From an uncultured Gemmatimonadota bacterium (GTDB taxonomy: Bacteria; GCA-2686955), in assembly GCA_964490075.1 (NCBI GenBank), contig CAZBBK010000049.1, forward strand, positions 1-42,403: a stretch of 42,403 nt of DNA, written 5' to 3'. The position numbers were made by a program, and so were the translations under genes. Numbering within the stretch: the stretch's first letter is position 1; every line of letters begins with the position of its first letter. Of the stretch, positions 1 through 11,607 are shown piece by piece. Below the pieces are notes generated by a model. That model was not told the origin of the DNA. It worked only from the letters and a program-made list of their open reading frames with translations, and ran no database searches.

Positions 1-368
1 TCGGCCTGGTTGCGGGCGAGGATACAGTTGGTGAGGGTGGCGTGGGAGGATCCGGAGAGGTTGCCTGTTCCCGCGGGCGCTGTAGTCTGTGCAATCGTGC
101 AGTCCTCTAGCGGCACGTCGGAGGCTGAGGCGTAGAGTGCCGCCCCCTCGCCGAACGACTGCATGTGATTGTTGCGAATGGTGCAGAAGCGAATCCTCGC
201 TGATGAGCCCACTGCGCGAATACCGCCACCCTGATCGGTGGCCCAATCGCCCTCGGCGGCTGCATCGATCGCCGCCTGGATCGTGGCATGGTCTCCGGGT
301 ACGGAGATCAACACGGCCGACGCGCCGTGGGACTCCCGCCGGATGGGACGGCCAGAGGCCGCATCCAC
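1..368 (-). CDS. Partial right-handed parallel beta-helix repeat protein (runs off the left edge; possibly internally deleted)
   Basis: Not in the ORF track. My translation of the minus strand is open to the edge: ...SVPGDHATIQAAIDAAAEGDWATDQGGGIRAVGSSARIRFCTIRNN...LTNCILARNQA. VPGDxxTIQAAIDAA and GGGI/CxIxxN are typical of beta-helix surface proteins. The GTG start at 368 is uncertain. Confidence 0.55.
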   Translation of the reverse strand, partial: MDAASGRPIRRESHGASAVLISVPGDHATIQAAIDAAAEGDWATDQGGGIRAVGSSARIRFCTIRNNHMQSFGEGAALYASASDVPLEDCTIAQTTAPAGTGNLSGSSHATLTNCILARNQA

Positions 369-369
369 G

Positions 370-422
370 GGGTGCGCGCGAGCGGACCTCGACAAGGAGG
401 TCCCTCTTGCTCGCGCGCACCC
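370..422. repeat. GC-rich inverted repeat / long hairpin
   Basis: gggtgcgcgcgagc (370-383) is the reverse complement of gctcgcgcgcaccc (409-422); inner stem ggacctc/gaggtcc with a 6-nt loop. Confidence 0.75.
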
Positions 423-580
423 TGAGGCCGGCCGGGAGCCCCACGGCGCGGCGTCCCCCCGAGTCAATAGCCGACCGATCGGTGGCTGGCACTCGCCCCC
501 CTCCACCAATCGCACGCGAGGCTCGACAGCCCCTGCAGCTGAATGAACGACCAACGCCGTCAACAGGGCGAGCTCTGTCA

Positions 581-647
581 TGACTTCTGCTCCGGAAACC
601 GGCCAGAATTTCCGGAATCAGGGCGGACAGAATTTCTGGAACTCGCA
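581..647 (-). mobile_element. Orphan IS21-family-like terminal sequence
   Basis: Minus strand reads TGCGAGTTCCAGAAATTCTGTCC...TTCCGGAAATTCTGGCC: a TG terminus plus subterminal direct repeats ggccagaatttccggaa (601-617), ggacagaatttctggaa (625-641) and a degenerate copy at 581-597, as in IS21 ends. No istA/istB is visible. Confidence 0.55.
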
Positions 648-648
648 C

Positions 649-844
649 GTCACAACTCCGCGATCTCGATCGAGAGTCTCAAGCCATGACGCAAATACGG
701 TCGTAGCTCGGCGTTCTTCCGCCTGAGTGCCGAGTTGCGGCGCATATACGGCCGTAACTCCGCACTCTCGCTCGAGAGTGGAGAGTCGTGTCGCGAAGGG
801 GCGTCATGACTCGCTCCTCTGATCGCGGAGCTCGGCTTTGTGTC
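649..844. repeat. Four degenerate 42-bp palindromic units at 51-52 bp period (REP/BIME-like)
   Basis: Units start at 649, 700, 751 and 803; the first two linkers are gcaaatacg and gcatatacg. Unit 2 forms a 15-bp stem with G-U pairs; unit 3 contains cactctcg-ct-cgagagtg. Confidence 0.6.
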
Positions 845-884
845 ACGGGGGGCGCCGGGACCCCCACCGCCGATCGATTTCGCT

Positions 885-914
885 TTGGCATCCCGCCCCC
901 CGCCGCGCTATGCT
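885..914 (+). promoter_or_regulatory. Putative sigma70 promoter for tRNA-Ala/SRP RNA
   Basis: TTGGCA (885-890), 18-nt spacer, TATGCT (909-914), ending 16 nt before the tRNA. Confidence 0.35.
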
Positions 915-930
915 GGAGGGTCCCATTTCT

Positions 931-1006
<76 letters not shown>

Positions 1007-1012
1007 AGACCC

Positions 1013-1042
1013 CCCTCCGGTCCGCCTTCGCGGTCCGGAGGG
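1013..1042 (+). other. Stem-loop downstream of the tRNA (processing or termination element)
   Basis: ccctccgg-t-ccgc-cttc-gcgg-t-ccggaggg; no clear U-tract. Confidence 0.5.
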
Positions 1043-1059
1043 ATTCGGGAACGACCTTT

Positions 1060-1194
<135 letters not shown>

Positions 1195-1202
1195 TCCTTT
1201 TG

Positions 1203-1230
1203 CCCCGGGCTCCGGCGCCGGAGCCCGGGG
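1203..1230. repeat. Perfect 28-bp palindrome
   Basis: ccccgggctccggc|gccggagcccgggg between ffs and the dnaX RBS. Confidence 0.85.
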
Positions 1231-1265
1231 ATGCGGACTCTGTCCGGCGGCCTGGAGGTCTATCG

Positions 1266-3074
1266 ATGGCGGACCAAGGTTTTTACACCGTCCTCGCCCG
1301 CAAGTACCGGCCCAAGCGCTTCTCCGAGCTGGTCGCGCAGGAGGCGATCTCGACCACCCTGCGCAACGCGCTGCGCTCTGAAAAGGTCTACCACGCCTAC
1401 CTCTTCACCGGCCCGCGCGGCGTCGGCAAGACCACCTCGGCGCGCATCCTCGCCAAGGCCCTGAACTGCCCCGAGGCCACGGACTGGGACCCCTGCGGCG
1501 AGTGCCCCACCTGCGAGCGCATCGCCGGCGGCGGCCACGACGACGTGCTGGAGATCGACGGCGCCTCGAACAACGGCATCCAGCAGGTGCGCGAGCTGCG
1601 CGAGAGCGCCGCCTACGTGCCGAAGGAGAGCAAGCACAAGATCTACATCATCGACGAGGTGCACATGCTCTCCACCGCGGCCTTCAACGGGCTGCTCAAG
1701 ACCCTCGAGGAGCCGCCGCCCCACGTCGCCTTCATCATGGCCACCACCGAGCCGCAGAAGATCCCGGCCACGGTCCAGTCGCGCTGCCAGCGCTTCGACT
1801 TCAAGCGCCTGACGCCGGCCGAGATCGGCGACCGCGTGGTGCAGATCGCCGCCGCCGAAGGGATCGAGATCGACGACGAGGCGGTCTACCAGATCGCCCG
1901 GCTGGCCGACGGCTCGATGCGCGACGCCCAGTCCCATCTCGACCAGCTGCTGGCCTTCTGCGGAGAGAAGATCTCCGGCGCCGACGCCGCCCAGGCGCTG
2001 GGCGTGGTGCCCGACGAGCTCTTCCTGCGCTGCAGCGAGCTGATCGGCACCCAGAGCCCCGACCAGGTCTTCCCCTTCGTCGAGACCCTCTACACCGACG
2101 GCCACGACCCGATCCTCTTCCTGCGCGGCCACCTCGACCACCTGCGCACCCTGATCGCCCTCGGCCTGGGCGCCACCCCGCCCGAGGTCGAGCGCATGCC
2201 CGACGCCCTGCGCCAGGCCCACCAGGAGCTCGCGGAGCGGACTCCGGTCGGCGACCTGGTGCGGGCGGCGCGCGTGGTGTCGGAGGCCGAGCGCGCGATC
2301 CGCGGCGCCGCCAACCCGCGCGTCGAGCTGGAGCTCACGCTGGTGCGCCTGGCCCTGCTCGCCTCCACCGTCGACCTGCGCGAGGTCCTGACGGGCATCG
2401 AAAAGGGTGGTGGTTCGCCGGTCGGCCAGGGGGCGGAGCGGAGCGGCCGAGCCAGCGGGAGGGTCCCCCGCCCTTTTGAAGGCGAGGCGCGCGGCGGTGG
2501 CACGGCGCCCGCCAAGCGCGATCAGCCCGCACCCACCGCCGCGCCACCGGCGGTGTCCCAGCCGCCCCCCGACGGCGCGGCCCCCGATCGACCGTCCGCC
2601 ACGCCGGCGAAGCCCGAGCCGCCCTCCGCCGCCGCCTCATCCACGGCGCCCGCAGCTCCCCCCTCGGCCCCCTCGAGGCCCCCCAGGCCGGAGGCGGTGG
2701 CCGACCTGCCGGCCATCCTCGGCCGGCGACTGCACGGCGATGCCCCTCTGGTGGCCGCCACCCTGGCGCAGGCCGCCGCGCGCACCACCGAGCGGGGCGG
2801 CGTGCGGCTGGAGCTGCCGGCGGCGAGCCGAGCGGCCCTCACCCGGGCCACCGCGCCCGAGGCGATGGCCCTGATCGAGGCGGTGGTCCACGACACCCTC
2901 GGCTCGCCCCTCGAGGTGCAAATCGTGGCGGCGGAAGGGAAAGAGGGCAACCAGCGACCAACCCGCGTCCCCGGCCGCGCGCCAAAGCGTCACGAGACGG
3001 GCGAGCTGAGCAAGATCGCGGCGGAGGAGCCGCGCGTGAGAGAGATCATGGAGCATTTCGACGTCGGTCAGTGA
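1266..3074 (+). CDS. dnaX: DNA polymerase III subunit tau/gamma
   Basis: LARKYRP, Walker A GPRGVGKT, Zn motif C-x8-CGECPTC, EIDGASN, IIDEVHML, SRC, GSMRDA; Pro/Ala linker. ATG 1266 follows GGAGGT (track start 1200 is too long). Confidence 0.96.
   Translation: MADQGFYTVLARKYRPKRFSELVAQEAISTTLRNALRSEKVYHAYLFTGPRGVGKTTSARILAKALNCPEATDWDPCGECPTCERIAGGGHDDVLEIDGASNNGIQQVRELRESAAYVPKESKHKIYIIDEVHMLSTAAFNGLLKTLEEPPPHVAFIMATTEPQKIPATVQSRCQRFDFKRLTPAEIGDRVVQIAAAEGIEIDDEAVYQIARLADGSMRDAQSHLDQLLAFCGEKISGADAAQALGVVPDELFLRCSELIGTQSPDQVFPFVETLYTDGHDPILFLRGHLDHLRTLIALGLGATPPEVERMPDALRQAHQELAERTPVGDLVRAARVVSEAERAIRGAANPRVELELTLVRLALLASTVDLREVLTGIEKGGGSPVGQGAERSGRASGRVPRPFEGEARGGGTAPAKRDQPAPTAAPPAVSQPPPDGAAPDRPSATPAKPEPPSAAASSTAPAAPPSAPSRPPRPEAVADLPAILGRRLHGDAPLVAATLAQAAARTTERGGVRLELPAASRAALTRATAPEAMALIEAVVHDTLGSPLEVQIVAAEGKEGNQRPTRVPGRAPKRHETGELSKIAAEEPRVREIMEHFDVGQ
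2382..2520 (+). promoter_or_regulatory. Candidate -1 programmed ribosomal frameshift cassette in dnaX
   Basis: In-frame X_XXY_YYZ heptamers A_AAG_GGT (2402-2408) and C_CCT_TTT (2471-2477); -1-frame TGA at 2477-2479; SD-like GAGGT (2382) and GGAGG (2458); a GC hairpin after each site. Confidence 0.5.
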
Positions 3075-3118
3075 CACCGGACCTGGGCTACGATCCACAG
3101 GCTCCCGAGCGCGGTGAC

Positions 3119-3196
3119 CACCCCGTCCCATTCCAATCTCATCCCGATCCCACTCCATCCCACCCCAATCCCAATCCCCTTCCCCTTCCCACTCCC
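3119..3196. repeat. C-rich degenerate (A/T)TCCC repeat; G-tracts on the minus strand
   Basis: ccccgtcccattccaatctcatcccgatcccactccatcccaccccaatcccaatccccttccccttcccactccc in the dnaX-ybaB spacer. Confidence 0.75.
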
Positions 3197-3217
3197 AAGA
3201 GATAAAGGACCGATCCG

Positions 3218-3544
3218 ATGCGCGGAATGCCGAACATGGGCAAGCTGATGAAACAGGCCCAGCAGATGCAGGCCAAGATGGCCGAGGTGCAGGAGCAGAT
3301 GAAGGAGATGCGCTGCGAGGGGCAGGCCGGGGGCGGCGCGGTGCGGGCGGTGCTCAACGGCAACAACGATCTGATCGAGATCGTCATCGACCCGGAGGTG
3401 GTCGATCCGGAGGACGTGGAGATGCTGCAAGACCTGGTGCTGGCGGCGGTTCGCGGCGCCCGCCAGCAGGTCGACGCGCAGCAGCAAGAGGCGATGAAGA
3501 AAGCGACCGGAGGCATGGGATTGCCGCCGGGAATGGGCCTCTAG
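3218..3544 (+). CDS. ybaB: YbaB/EbfC nucleoid-associated protein
   Basis: MKQAQQMQ, AGGGAV, DVEMLQDLVLAA; dnaX-ybaB-recR synteny. Confidence 0.93.
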   Translation: MRGMPNMGKLMKQAQQMQAKMAEVQEQMKEMRCEGQAGGGAVRAVLNGNNDLIEIVIDPEVVDPEDVEMLQDLVLAAVRGARQQVDAQQQEAMKKATGGMGLPPGMGL

Positions 3545-3577
3545 CGATCGGCGGATCGCACGGAAAGGCGGGCTGAG

Positions 3578-4186
3578 GTGAAACCGGTCCAGTTCGCCCC
3601 ACCTCTGGAGAGGATGGTGCGCGCCCTGAGCTCGTTGCCGGGGATTGGCCGGCGGGCGGCAGAACGGATCGCCCTCCACCTCGCGGCCCGTCCGGAGGCG
3701 GAGGTGCGGGATCTCGCGAACGCGCTGGCGGAGTCGCGGGGGGATCTGAAGAGCTGCGGGTCGTGTGGCAACCTGACCGGGCGCGATCCGTGCGAGCTCT
3801 GCGCCGACTCGACGCGCGATCCGAAGGTGATCTGCGTGGTCGAGAGCCCGCGCGAGGTCGCGGTGATGGAGCGCTCGCGGATGCACCGCGGGCGCTACCA
3901 CGTGCTGGGGGGGCTGCTGGCGCCGCTGGAGGGGGTGGGCGCCGACCAGCTGCGCATCGCCGAGCTGGCGGCGCGGGTGCGGGACGAGGGCGTGGAAGAG
4001 GTGGTGCTGGTGCTCAGCCCGAGCCTCGAGGGCGACGCCACGGCGCTCCTGGTGCAGCGCGAGCTGGCCGACTCGGGCGCGCGCATCAGCCGGGCGGCGC
4101 GCGGCATTCCGGCCGGCGGCAGCCTCGACCACCTCGACGAGGTCACCCTGGGCAACGCCTTCGAGGGCCGGCGGGAGATGCATTGA
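3578..4186 (+). CDS. recR: Recombination mediator RecR
   Basis: LPGIGRRAAERIA HhH, CxxCGN...CxxC Zn finger, ICVVE, YHVLGG Toprim. Confidence 0.95.
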   Translation: MKPVQFAPPLERMVRALSSLPGIGRRAAERIALHLAARPEAEVRDLANALAESRGDLKSCGSCGNLTGRDPCELCADSTRDPKVICVVESPREVAVMERSRMHRGRYHVLGGLLAPLEGVGADQLRIAELAARVRDEGVEEVVLVLSPSLEGDATALLVQRELADSGARISRAARGIPAGGSLDHLDEVTLGNAFEGRREMH

Positions 4187-4764
4187 ACCTCCCCAACGCC
4201 TTGACCCTGTCGCGCATGGCGCTGGCGCCGATCTTCATCCTCTGCCTGCTCGCGGGGGGATTCAAGGCGATGCTGGCGGCGCTGGTGATCTTCGCCGGGG
4301 CCTCGCTGACCGACTGGGTCGACGGCCACCTGGCGCGCAGCCGGGGCGCGGTCACCGACGTCGGCAAGCTGATCGACCCTCTGGCGGACAAGCTCTTGAC
4401 CTCGTTGGCCTTCATCGGCCTGGTCGGGATCGGCCTGATCCCCGCTCTGCCGGTCATGATCATCATCGGGCGGGACTTTCTGGTGACTTCGCTGCGGGCG
4501 CTGGCGGGCGACAAGGGGGTGGTGATCGCGGCGTCGAAGCTGGCCAAGTGGAAGACGGCGATCCAGATGCTGGCGATCGGCGCGGCGCTGGTCTACCTGG
4601 TGCTGATCGCCTGGGGGATGCGGACCGGAGGCGCGCCGCCCCTGGAGCGGCTGCACCCGCTGTGGCTCGGCTCGGTTCGGGCGCTGGTCTGGGTGACCGC
4701 GGGCATGGCGCTGATCTCGGGGGGGCGCTACGTGGTGGCGAGCTGGCCGGCGGTGCGGCGTTGA
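4183..4764 (+). CDS. pgsA: CDP-diacylglycerol--glycerol-3-phosphate 3-phosphatidyltransferase
   Basis: NLPNALTLSR; DxxDGxxAR...GxxxDxxxDK motif; AKWKT. TTG start overlaps the recR stop. Confidence 0.9.
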   Translation: MNLPNALTLSRMALAPIFILCLLAGGFKAMLAALVIFAGASLTDWVDGHLARSRGAVTDVGKLIDPLADKLLTSLAFIGLVGIGLIPALPVMIIIGRDFLVTSLRALAGDKGVVIAASKLAKWKTAIQMLAIGAALVYLVLIAWGMRTGGAPPLERLHPLWLGSVRALVWVTAGMALISGGRYVVASWPAVRR

Positions 4765-5222
4765 GCCTGGCGATCGGGCTGGCCTCGCTGGGGGGGGTGG
4801 GGCGATTGCGACCGGCGCCGGGAACCTGGGGCACGGCCCTTGCTGCGGTCGTCCTCTGGCTCCTCCCCGCGGCTGGGGGGGGCGCGCAAGCAGCGGCTCT
4901 GGCCCTGGTGCTGGCGGTCGTCGCGGTGCCGATCTGCGCGGCCGCCGAGTATCGGTCGGAAGAGCGGGACCCCGCCTGGATCGTGCTCGACGAAGCGGCG
5001 GGAATGGCGGTGGCGGTGGTGGCTCTGCCCCACGCCATCGGTCCCTGGCTGGTTGCGTTTCTGGCCTTTCGGGCCTTTGACATCATCAAGCCGCTCGGCA
5101 TCGACTCCGCCCAGGATCTCCCGGGCGGACTGGGCGTGGTCGCGGACGACCTGCTCGCCGGGATCTACGCCAACCTGGTCACCCATGCGCTCCTCTTCAT
5201 CTTCCTCTTCCTCTTCACCTGA
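4761..5222 (+). CDS. pgpA: Phosphatidylglycerophosphatase A
   Basis: APGTWGT, DPAWIVLDE, FRAFDIIKP, GGLGVVADDLLAG; TTG start overlaps the pgsA stop. Confidence 0.9.
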   Translation: MSLAIGLASLGGVGRLRPAPGTWGTALAAVVLWLLPAAGGGAQAAALALVLAVVAVPICAAAEYRSEERDPAWIVLDEAAGMAVAVVALPHAIGPWLVAFLAFRAFDIIKPLGIDSAQDLPGGLGVVADDLLAGIYANLVTHALLFIFLFLFT

Positions 5223-6474
5223 CACGCGCGCCAAGCGCCCCGCGGCGCGCATCGTGGCGATCGGCGACGAGCTGATCTCCGGGTCACGAATCGACACCAA
5301 CTCGGCGCGGCTGGGTCGTGCGTTGACCCTCTGGGGCTATCGCAACCTGGGTGCGCGCAGCGTGGGGGACCGCATCGAGGAGATCGTGGCGGCGCTGGAC
5401 GAGGCGGCGGCCGGCGCCGACCTGGTGCTGCTCACCGGCGGGCTGGGGCCGACGCCCGACGATCGCACCCGCGAGGCGCTGGCGGCCTGGCTGGGGGTCG
5501 ACTGCGAGCAGGATGAGGCGGTGGTGGACTGGCTGCGGGCGCTCTTTCGCCGCTTCGGCCGCGACATGGCCGATTCCAACCTGGCGCAGACCTACGTGCC
5601 GCGGGGGCTGAGGCCGCTGCTGAATCCGGCCGGGACGGCGCCGGCGCTGGCCGGGGAAGGGCGCGGGACCCTTCTGATCTCGCTGCCGGGGGTGCCGGGC
5701 GAGGTCGAGGCCTTCCTGGAGGGCGAGGTGGGCGAGATCTTGCGGGGGCGTGGCGGTGCCGCGCCGCTCGAGACCGCTCGGCTGCGGGTCACCGGGATCA
5801 CCGAATCGAAGCTGGCCGATCTGTTGCGGGGGCTGCCGGCCGAGCCCGCGCGGCTGGCCTTCCTGCCGGGGCTGGAGGGCGTGGAGCTGGCCCTCTCGGC
5901 TCCCTCGGCGGAGCTGCTGGCGCGGGAATCGGGCAGGCTGCGGGAGCGGCTCGGTGAGCTGGTCTTCTCCGAGCGGGGCGAGCGCCTCGAGGAGGTGGTC
6001 GGCGCGCTGCTGGTCGCCGAACGCGCCACGGTGGCGGTGGCCGAGTCGTGCACCGGGGGGCTCGCCACCAGCCGCCTGACCGACGTGCCCGGCTCCTCGC
6101 GCTACCTGCTCGAAGGGGTGATCGCCTACGCCAACGACGCCAAGATGCGCCTGCTGGGAGTGGATGAGCAGACCCTGGACCAGGATGGAGCGGTGAGCGA
6201 GGCGGTGGTCCGGCAGATGGCCCTGGGGGTTCGGGAGCGCGCCGGAGCCAGCTTCGGCCTGGCGTCGACCGGGATCGCCGGTCCCGGCGGCGGATCAGCG
6301 GAAAAACCGGTCGGCACGGTCTGGCTGGCGGTCGCCGGCCAGCGAGAGATCACCTGCAGACGCGTACAGCTCCCCGGCGACCGCGCCACCATCAAGGCCC
6401 GCGCGGCCCAGGCGCTGCTCGATCTGCTGCGCCGCCGCTTGCGGGGGCCGCGGGGGCGGGGGCGGGCGCCCTGA
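5185..6474 (+). CDS. cinA: CinA family protein (MoCF-biosynthesis-like + PncC NMN deamidase domains)
   Basis: [50 protein letters not shown]. Start uncertain (ATG 5185 overlapping pgpA, or GTG 5254). Confidence 0.9.
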   Translation: MRSSSSSSSSSPDTRAKRPAARIVAIGDELISGSRIDTNSARLGRALTLWGYRNLGARSVGDRIEEIVAALDEAAAGADLVLLTGGLGPTPDDRTREALAAWLGVDCEQDEAVVDWLRALFRRFGRDMADSNLAQTYVPRGLRPLLNPAGTAPALAGEGRGTLLISLPGVPGEVEAFLEGEVGEILRGRGGAAPLETARLRVTGITESKLADLLRGLPAEPARLAFLPGLEGVELALSAPSAELLARESGRLRERLGELVFSERGERLEEVVGALLVAERATVAVAESCTGGLATSRLTDVPGSSRYLLEGVIAYANDAKMRLLGVDEQTLDQDGAVSEAVVRQMALGVRERAGASFGLASTGIAGPGGGSAEKPVGTVWLAVAGQREITCRRVQLPGDRATIKARAAQALLDLLRRRLRGPRGRGRAP

Positions 6475-6604
6475 CCGGTTCGAGTCGCGCCGAGCAGCGC
6501 AACCGCGATATCCTGACACCGATCTCGCCCCCGCGAAGATCACGATCGACCTCGCGCCCGCACGCGCGATCCCCACGGACGACTGCCGCGGGAGCCCGAG
6601 AGCA

Positions 6605-7714
6605 ATGACAGAAAGAGACCCCGAGATGAAAACCGCCACGACCAAACAACGCAGCGCACCGACCAACAACCGCGAGCGCGCCATCGACGACGCGATCCTG
6701 CAGATCGAGAAGGCCTTCGGAAAAGGCTCCATCATGCGTCTGGGCGACGCCGGCGAGCAGCGCACCGAGGTCATCTCGACCGGCTCGCTGGCCATCGACC
6801 ACGCGGTCGGCGTCGGGGGGCTGCCCCGCGGGCGGGTGATCGAGGTCTTCGGTCCCGAATCCTCCGGCAAGACCACGCTCACCTTGCACGTGGTCGCCGA
6901 GGCACAGAAGCTGGGCGGGCGCGCCGCCTTCATCGATGCCGAGCACGCGCTCGACCCGATCTACGCCAAGAAGCTCGGCGTCGACGTCGACAACCTCTTG
7001 ATCTCGCAGCCCGACCACGGCGAGCAGGCGCTGGAGATCGCCGACATCCTGGTCAAGAGCGGGGCGGTCGACGTGGTGGTCGTCGATTCCGTCGCGGCCC
7101 TGGTCCCCAAGGCGGAGATCGAGGGCGAGATGGGCGACACCCACGTCGGTTTGCAGGCACGACTGATGTCGCAGGCGCTGCGCAAACTCTCCGGCAACAT
7201 CAGCCGTTCCAAGTGCATGGTCCTCTTCACCAACCAGATTCGCGAGAAGATCGGCGTCATGTTCGGCAATCCCGAGACCACGCCGGGCGGGCGCGCGCTG
7301 CGTTTCTACGCTTCGATCCGCCTCGACGTGCGGCGCATCGCCGCCATCAAGAAGGGCGACGAGGTGCGCGGCAACCGAACCCGGGTCAAGGTGGTCAAGA
7401 ACAAGGTCGCCCCCCCCTTCCGCAAGGCCGAGCTCGACATCATCTACAACGAGGGCTTCTCCACCGAAGGCACACTGATCGACATGGGGCTGGAGCACGA
7501 CCTGCTCAGCCGCAGCGGAACTTGGTACTCCTTCGGCAGCGAGCGCATCGGCCAGGGGCGCGAGGGTGTCATGCGTTTCTTGAAGGAGAACACCGACATC
7601 GCGCGGGCGCTCGACGCACAGATTCGCCAGCGTCTCGGGTTCGCCGCCCCCGCGGCGCCCGCCACCGAGGGTGCCGGCGCTGAATCGCCCGATGGTGGCG
7701 ACTCGCGGAAGTGA
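6605..7714 (+). CDS. recA: Recombinase RecA
   Basis: [43 protein letters not shown]. Alternative start 6626. Confidence 0.98.
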   Translation: MTERDPEMKTATTKQRSAPTNNRERAIDDAILQIEKAFGKGSIMRLGDAGEQRTEVISTGSLAIDHAVGVGGLPRGRVIEVFGPESSGKTTLTLHVVAEAQKLGGRAAFIDAEHALDPIYAKKLGVDVDNLLISQPDHGEQALEIADILVKSGAVDVVVVDSVAALVPKAEIEGEMGDTHVGLQARLMSQALRKLSGNISRSKCMVLFTNQIREKIGVMFGNPETTPGGRALRFYASIRLDVRRIAAIKKGDEVRGNRTRVKVVKNKVAPPFRKAELDIIYNEGFSTEGTLIDMGLEHDLLSRSGTWYSFGSERIGQGREGVMRFLKENTDIARALDAQIRQRLGFAAPAAPATEGAGAESPDGGDSRK

Positions 7715-7766
7715 TGCCCATGGCGCTCCCGGCGGCATCGCCGCGGAGCATCCGGAGCCCACGCAG

Positions 7767-10372
<2,606 letters not shown>

Positions 10373-10376
<4 letters not shown>

Positions 10377-11164
10377 GCAACCGAAAGCCGGGCCCACGCC
10401 CTTCCTTCGACGCCATCATGCTGAGATCGGCGCGCCAGCTCGAACGAGGGGTCTTGCTCTTGATCGATCCCGATCGGCACGAGCTCGACGAGATCGCGGA
10501 GCGTGCCGCCTTCGGCGCTCGCTGCGGCGTGAAGGCGATCCTGGTCGGCTCCAGCTTCCTGGCGTCGGATCGATTCCAGCAGGCGGTGCGGATCTGTCGG
10601 AAGAGCTGCGACCTGCCGGTGGTGCTCTTTCCCGGATCCGGCGCGCAGCTCTGCGCCGACGCCGACGCGATGTTGCTGCTGTCTCTGATTTCGGGTCGAA
10701 ATGCCGAGCTCTTGATCGGCGAGCACGTGCGTTACGCTCCGGCGATCAAGCGGCTGGGATTGGACGTTCTTCCCACCGGCTACATGCTGATCGAGTCGGG
10801 GGGGATGACCTCGGCGCAGTTCATGAGCAACACCCTGCCGCTGCCCCGCGACAAGACCGATCTGGCCGCGGCCCACGCGCTCGCGGGGCAGCTCCTGGGA
10901 TTGAAGCTGATCTACATGGACGGCGGCAGCGGCGCGCGGCAAGCGGTGCCCGTGGAGCTGGTGCGCGAGGTCTCCAGGGCGATCGACATCCCCTTGATCG
11001 TCGGCGGAGGACTGAAGACTCCTGGGCAGGTCGAAGCGCGCATTCGCGCCGGCGCCGATTTCGTGGTGGTGGGCACCGCCGTCGAGGAGGATGCCGTGGA
11101 CAGTGGGCGCCTGGCCGAAATGACCGCCGCGGCCGCGACCCAAGAGCTGCTGGTTCGAGAATGA
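10373..11164 (+). CDS. Geranylgeranylglyceryl phosphate synthase family protein (group II type)
   Basis: LLIDPD, ILVGSS, VVLFPG, SLISGRN..LLIGEH, PTGYMLI, YMDGGSGA, LIVGGG, VVVGT; ATG overlaps the alaS stop. Confidence 0.9.
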
Positions 11165-11607
11165 GCGACCAGGCGCCGGTAATCGTGAGCGCTTGCCTGC
11201 TCGGGATTCGCTGTCGCTACGACGGCGCGCATTCGCGGGATGAGAGCGTGGTCGACGCGCTGCGGGGTTCCGCCGTGGTTGCGCTCTGCCCCGAGCAGCT
11301 CGGCGGGCTGCCGACACCACGCGAGCCGGCGCACCTCGCCGGCGGCACGGGCGGCGATGTGTGGCGGGGGAGAGCGCGCGTGCTGCGAGTGCGCGATGGC
11401 GCCGACCTGACCGACACGTTCATGGCCGGGGCGCGCCGGACCCTGGCCGCCGCCCGAGAGGCGGGGGCCACGAGCGCCATCATGAAGAACGGCTCCCCCT
11501 CCTGCGGAATCTCACGCGTCGTCCGGGAAGGAGTCGCCGTTGCCGGCGCCGGAGTCACGTCGGCGCTTCTCGAGGCCGAAGGACTCACGGTGGAGCAGGC
11601 CGGATGA
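11161..11607 (+). CDS. DUF523 family protein (TudS-like thiouracil desulfidase)
   Basis: SACLLGIRCRYDG, CPEQLGGLPTPR, KNGSPSCG with the conserved cysteines. Confidence 0.88.
   Translation: MSDQAPVIVSACLLGIRCRYDGAHSRDESVVDALRGSAVVALCPEQLGGLPTPREPAHLAGGTGGDVWRGRARVLRVRDGADLTDTFMAGARRTLAAAREAGATSAIMKNGSPSCGISRVVREGVAVAGAGVTSALLEAEGLTVEQAG

Noticed and set aside
649-844. Possible CRISPR array
   Set aside because: The repeats are too divergent, the linkers are ~9 nt and similar to each other, and no cas genes are present.
3091-3099. DnaA-box-like CGATCCACA after dnaX
   Set aside because: Single copy with two mismatches; likely by chance.
4183-5222. pgsA-pgpA as dedicated ether-lipid genes partnering GGGPS
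   Set aside because: pgsA-pgpA-cinA-recA is a widespread bacterial cluster, so proximity alone is not evidence.
6475-6604. LexA/SOS box upstream of recA
   Set aside because: I could not see a convincing match to CTGT-N8-ACAG or GAAC-N4-GTTC.
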